NCBI GenBank assembly: GCA_017615595.1
Contig: JAFZZT010000014.1
Location: 228-64,227 of the forward strand
Length of the DNA: 64,000 nt
Direction of reading: 5' to 3'
Source of the DNA: Bacteroidales bacterium
GTDB taxonomy: Bacteria > Bacteroidota > Bacteroidia > Bacteroidales > WCHB1-69
Shown here: piece by piece, positions 61,338 through 64,000 of the stretch
Numbering within the stretch: the first letter of the stretch is position 1
Layout: each line of letters starts with the position of its first letter
Notes under the pieces: model-generated
The model's input: the letters and a program-made list of their open reading frames with translations, nothing else
The model's database searches: none
What the model was told of the DNA's origin: nothing
Position numbers and translations under genes: made by a program

Positions 61338-62299
61338 CAAACACGAAATGCTTCAGTTTTTCTTACTTTCCAAAGGCTTAATGCTTCTTTTGTTTTGGAA
61401 ACAGCATCAGTAAGACTGCAATCAATTGGAACTATTTCATTTTTGTTGTCAATCTGGTATGGGTTTATACCACCGGTATAGGCACCTACGTTGTCCATTA
61501 CATCGCTTAAAGCTTTCTCTCCATAGCCGTATATTATAAAAAGTTTATTCTTCTTGCCTTCGAATAATTTACGAAAGTAAAAATCATCCGTTGATCCCAT
61601 TGAACACCCATAGATGATATATACGTCTTTCATGTTTATGTAATTCATCAAATCAGTAATATTAAAAATTTTTTGTCGAGATTTATACAAGAACGAGTGT
61701 GCCTTTTCCACCTTTTGAATGTCATCTATTCCAAGCACAATATAATCACTAGGATTGTCTGTCCCTTTTTCTGGATTATAGATTGAACCATGCTGAAATA
61801 TGATTTTTTCTTTGTTGAAAGATAAATTTGAATTGTATAGTTTTGCATCCGCCGAATAGGCAGCGACGATATGAGTATAATTGAATGAAACTATTTGATA
61901 ATCTAAACAGTTCCACTCTTGGGATATTTTCCCCACCCAATACCCTGGATTGCCAGATTTAGAAGTGCTTATCTCTTCTTTTAAATACAGGAATAAGGCA
62001 TTTTTCAACTCCTTAAACTCTGTTTTGAATTGTTCTGAAGATTGTTTGTTGCCAATTCCATCATTAGCTGTTATTTGTTTAGAATATTCATATAAACCAT
62101 ATTCCAAATCCATCCATAACTCACCATCAACATTGTCAATAATGTGTTTGCATAATCGATTGCCTTGTTGAGACAATCTTTTAAGTTCCTTGCTTTTTTC
62201 GTAAAAATTCTTATAACTTGTTTTGTAGCCATGAGCTATGTCAAAACCATTTCCTAAGAAAACCATTGCTTTAAATGTTTGTCTTGCAAGTTTATCCAT
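61337..62299 (-). CDS. AbiH-family abortive infection protein (SIR2-like fold)
   Basis: LGNGFDIAHGYKTSY, SFNYT, HGS, LGID and IYGCSMGSTD. Confidence 0.88.
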   Translation of the reverse strand: MDKLARQTFKAMVFLGNGFDIAHGYKTSYKNFYEKSKELKRLSQQGNRLCKHIIDNVDGELWMDLEYGLYEYSKQITANDGIGNKQSSEQFKTEFKELKNALFLYLKEEISTSKSGNPGYWVGKISQEWNCLDYQIVSFNYTHIVAAYSADAKLYNSNLSFNKEKIIFQHGSIYNPEKGTDNPSDYIVLGIDDIQKVEKAHSFLYKSRQKIFNITDLMNYINMKDVYIIYGCSMGSTDDFYFRKLFEGKKNKLFIIYGYGEKALSDVMDNVGAYTGGINPYQIDNKNEIVPIDCSLTDAVSKTKEALSLWKVRKTEAFRV

Positions 62300-62318
62300 C
62301 GTTTTTTTCTTTTTTTTG

Positions 62319-62326
62319 CAAAAATA
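62319..62326 (-). promoter_or_regulatory. -7 box for the AbiH-DUF3644 pair
   Basis: CAAAAATA about 20 nt upstream of the AbiH start. Confidence 0.55.
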
Positions 62327-62355
62327 CAAAAATCCTCAAAATAGAAAAAGATACA

Positions 62356-64000
62356 TCATTCACTCTTTTCAATTACCGCAATTTCCTCCTCCGTCAACCC
62401 ATACAACTCATACACCAACGCGTCAATTTCCCGCTCCAAAGTCGAAGTATCGGCATTAGGATTGGATTTCTTTGCGGAAAGGATTTGGTCAACCAATGCG
62501 ATAATGGGTTGTTGCTTGTCTTTGCTCGCTTTTAGTATAGGTAATTTCTTCGCTTGGGCTATTCGTATTTTCGGAAAGAGTTCTGTCTCACCTTTGAACA
62601 TTGTTGAATAATACCATTGAAGTAGAGAAGAGTTTAGCAATGCTAACACATACTTTGTACTCAATCGATCATCCGTGATTAGAATTGAATATAGGCTTCT
62701 ATTTGAATATATTGTTTCATTCCCAAGATATACCGCAATGAGAAAGCTACCTGCTTCCCGCAATAATATTCTTTCTTTGCTAAAAAATATCTTATCCTTA
62801 GAAAAAGCATCTAAAACAGTTTGGCTTATATATGACAGCTTTGTATAGTGATATTTGGAAACATCTGATCCTGTAAGAAATTTGTGTTGACCGTTGCGTC
62901 CAACCATATTTCGTCCAATTTCAAAGCCTCGCATAATTGAAGAAACAGATGAGAGTGGAACGGTTCCCGAAATAATATGTTCAATGATATTACCATCTGC
63001 ATAAAAATCCTCAAAACGCCAACTCGACTTGCATTTTTTTGCTATAAATGTTGCTGTCGGGATTTTTGCATTCTTGAAGACATTATCTCCTTCTATTCTG
63101 AATGCAATCACGGTAACATTTTCTTGCAAGAAATCGCGAAGTAAATGAAATTTCATGCCTTTGACAAAAAGAGATGAAGTGATAAATGATAGAATACCAT
63201 TTTTACTTAATAAGTTGACAGCCCGTTCATAAAAGAAAGCGTATAAATCCAAACATGATGCGGTTTTATATGTGCTGTATGTTCCGTCTGCACCGATAAC
63301 CACATACGGCGGGTTCCCGATCACAATGTCAAACCCACCCTTGTCGAAGATGTCCTTGAACCACGTGTGCCAGAGGAAGAACTCCTGGTTGGCGGAGGGG
63401 TCGAGGGCGGAGAGGCGGACTTCGGCGGAGGACGTGAGACCCTGCTGGGCGATGTACCGCTTCACGTTACCGTTGATAGTACTGCGGGCTGCCACCTTTT
63501 TGGCGTGGTCTGTGAGCGAGAAGTACTCCTGCAACAGCAAGCGCAGATTGTGCTTGGTTTCGTCAGAAGTGTATTCCATCGCCAACTGGTTCGCGCCTGC
63601 CTTGTTCTTCCCCTTGCCAAGACCGCTCATCATCCCCTCCTGATCCATCATCCGGCTTAAATCCACCCCTTCGAAGCTCTCTATCAGACTGTTGCCCTGC
63701 ATAAATTTGTAGTCGAAGTTGGGCAATGCCTCGGGTACTTCACTGTCAACCACGATGCTAAGCCAAAAACGCAGTCGGGCAATGTCAATGGCACCACGTT
63801 CGATGTCCACACCGTAGATGTTGTTCTCGATAATCTCCTTTTTCAATTGTGATCTGTGAACAGTGATCAGTGAACAGGAATCGGAAACCGCCAGAGCCTC
63901 CCTGCAACGCCACAGCTCGTTCAGCAGTCCCATCGGGAACGCGCCGGAACCGATGGCTGGGTCGCAGATCTTCACTTCGCGCAGAGCTTTGTAGAGTGTG
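62356..64000 (-). CDS. Type IIG (Eco57I/TaqI-like) restriction-modification N6-adenine methyltransferase, C-terminal part
   Basis: DPAIGSGAF, IYGVDI, ARLRFWL, GNSL, GFDIVIGNPPY, TaqI_C-like YVLALLNS and EIDALVYELYGLTEEEI; frame open to the window edge. Confidence 0.93.
   Translation of the reverse strand, partial: TLYKALREVKICDPAIGSGAFPMGLLNELWRCREALAVSDSCSLITVHRSQLKKEIIENNIYGVDIERGAIDIARLRFWLSIVVDSEVPEALPNFDYKFMQGNSLIESFEGVDLSRMMDQEGMMSGLGKGKNKAGANQLAMEYTSDETKHNLRLLLQEYFSLTDHAKKVAARSTINGNVKRYIAQQGLTSSAEVRLSALDPSANQEFFLWHTWFKDIFDKGGFDIVIGNPPYVVIGADGTYSTYKTASCLDLYAFFYERAVNLLSKNGILSFITSSLFVKGMKFHLLRDFLQENVTVIAFRIEGDNVFKNAKIPTATFIAKKCKSSWRFEDFYADGNIIEHIISGTVPLSSVSSIMRGFEIGRNMVGRNGQHKFLTGSDVSKYHYTKLSYISQTVLDAFSKDKIFFSKERILLREAGSFLIAVYLGNETIYSNRSLYSILITDDRLSTKYVLALLNSSLLQWYYSTMFKGETELFPKIRIAQAKKLPILKASKDKQQPIIALVDQILSAKKSNPNADTSTLEREIDALVYELYGLTEEEIAVIEKSE
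63847..63881. repeat. Heptamer array (TCACTGA family) inside the methyltransferase ORF
   Basis: TTGTGAT CTGTGAA CAGTGAT CAGTGAA CAGGAAT; encodes ..DSCSLITVHRSQ.. Confidence 0.75.

Overview
This is a chromosomal segment of a Bacteroidales bacterium, judged from TAnnTTTG -7 promoter boxes, T9SS-sorted proteins, FISUMP proteins and a short Bacteroidota-type RpoD. Most of it is housekeeping: cysS (partial), tgt, recF, tpiA, murC, ddh, pckA, mnmE, rpoN, asnS, rpoD, topA, pheT, rnpA/yidD and panB. It also carries a butyryl-CoA module (CoA-transferase beta-bcd-etfB-etfA divergent from crt-hbd), a galT-less galactose operon and a lone nqrA. There are three accessory patches: (i) a FISUMP gene frameshifted in its C-terminal tail (10.3-11.7 kb); (ii) 26.2-28.4 kb, with a FISUMP lipoprotein, a highly structured non-coding element and an orphan gene bracketed by 23-bp direct repeats; (iii) an AT-rich defence island at 59.1-64 kb (type IIG R-M with an apparently swapped TRD, AbiH, DUF3644/HEPN). 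The distal end of that island holds three stacked, synonymously diverged copies of the 3' end of one gene that is absent from the window, separating small cassettes. Degenerate 7-bp tandem arrays recur at gene junctions: two form an inverted pair around one gene and one lies in frame inside the methyltransferase. I saw no tRNA, rRNA, CRISPR array, integrase or reverse transcriptase. All calls come from motif recognition by eye; no searches were run.
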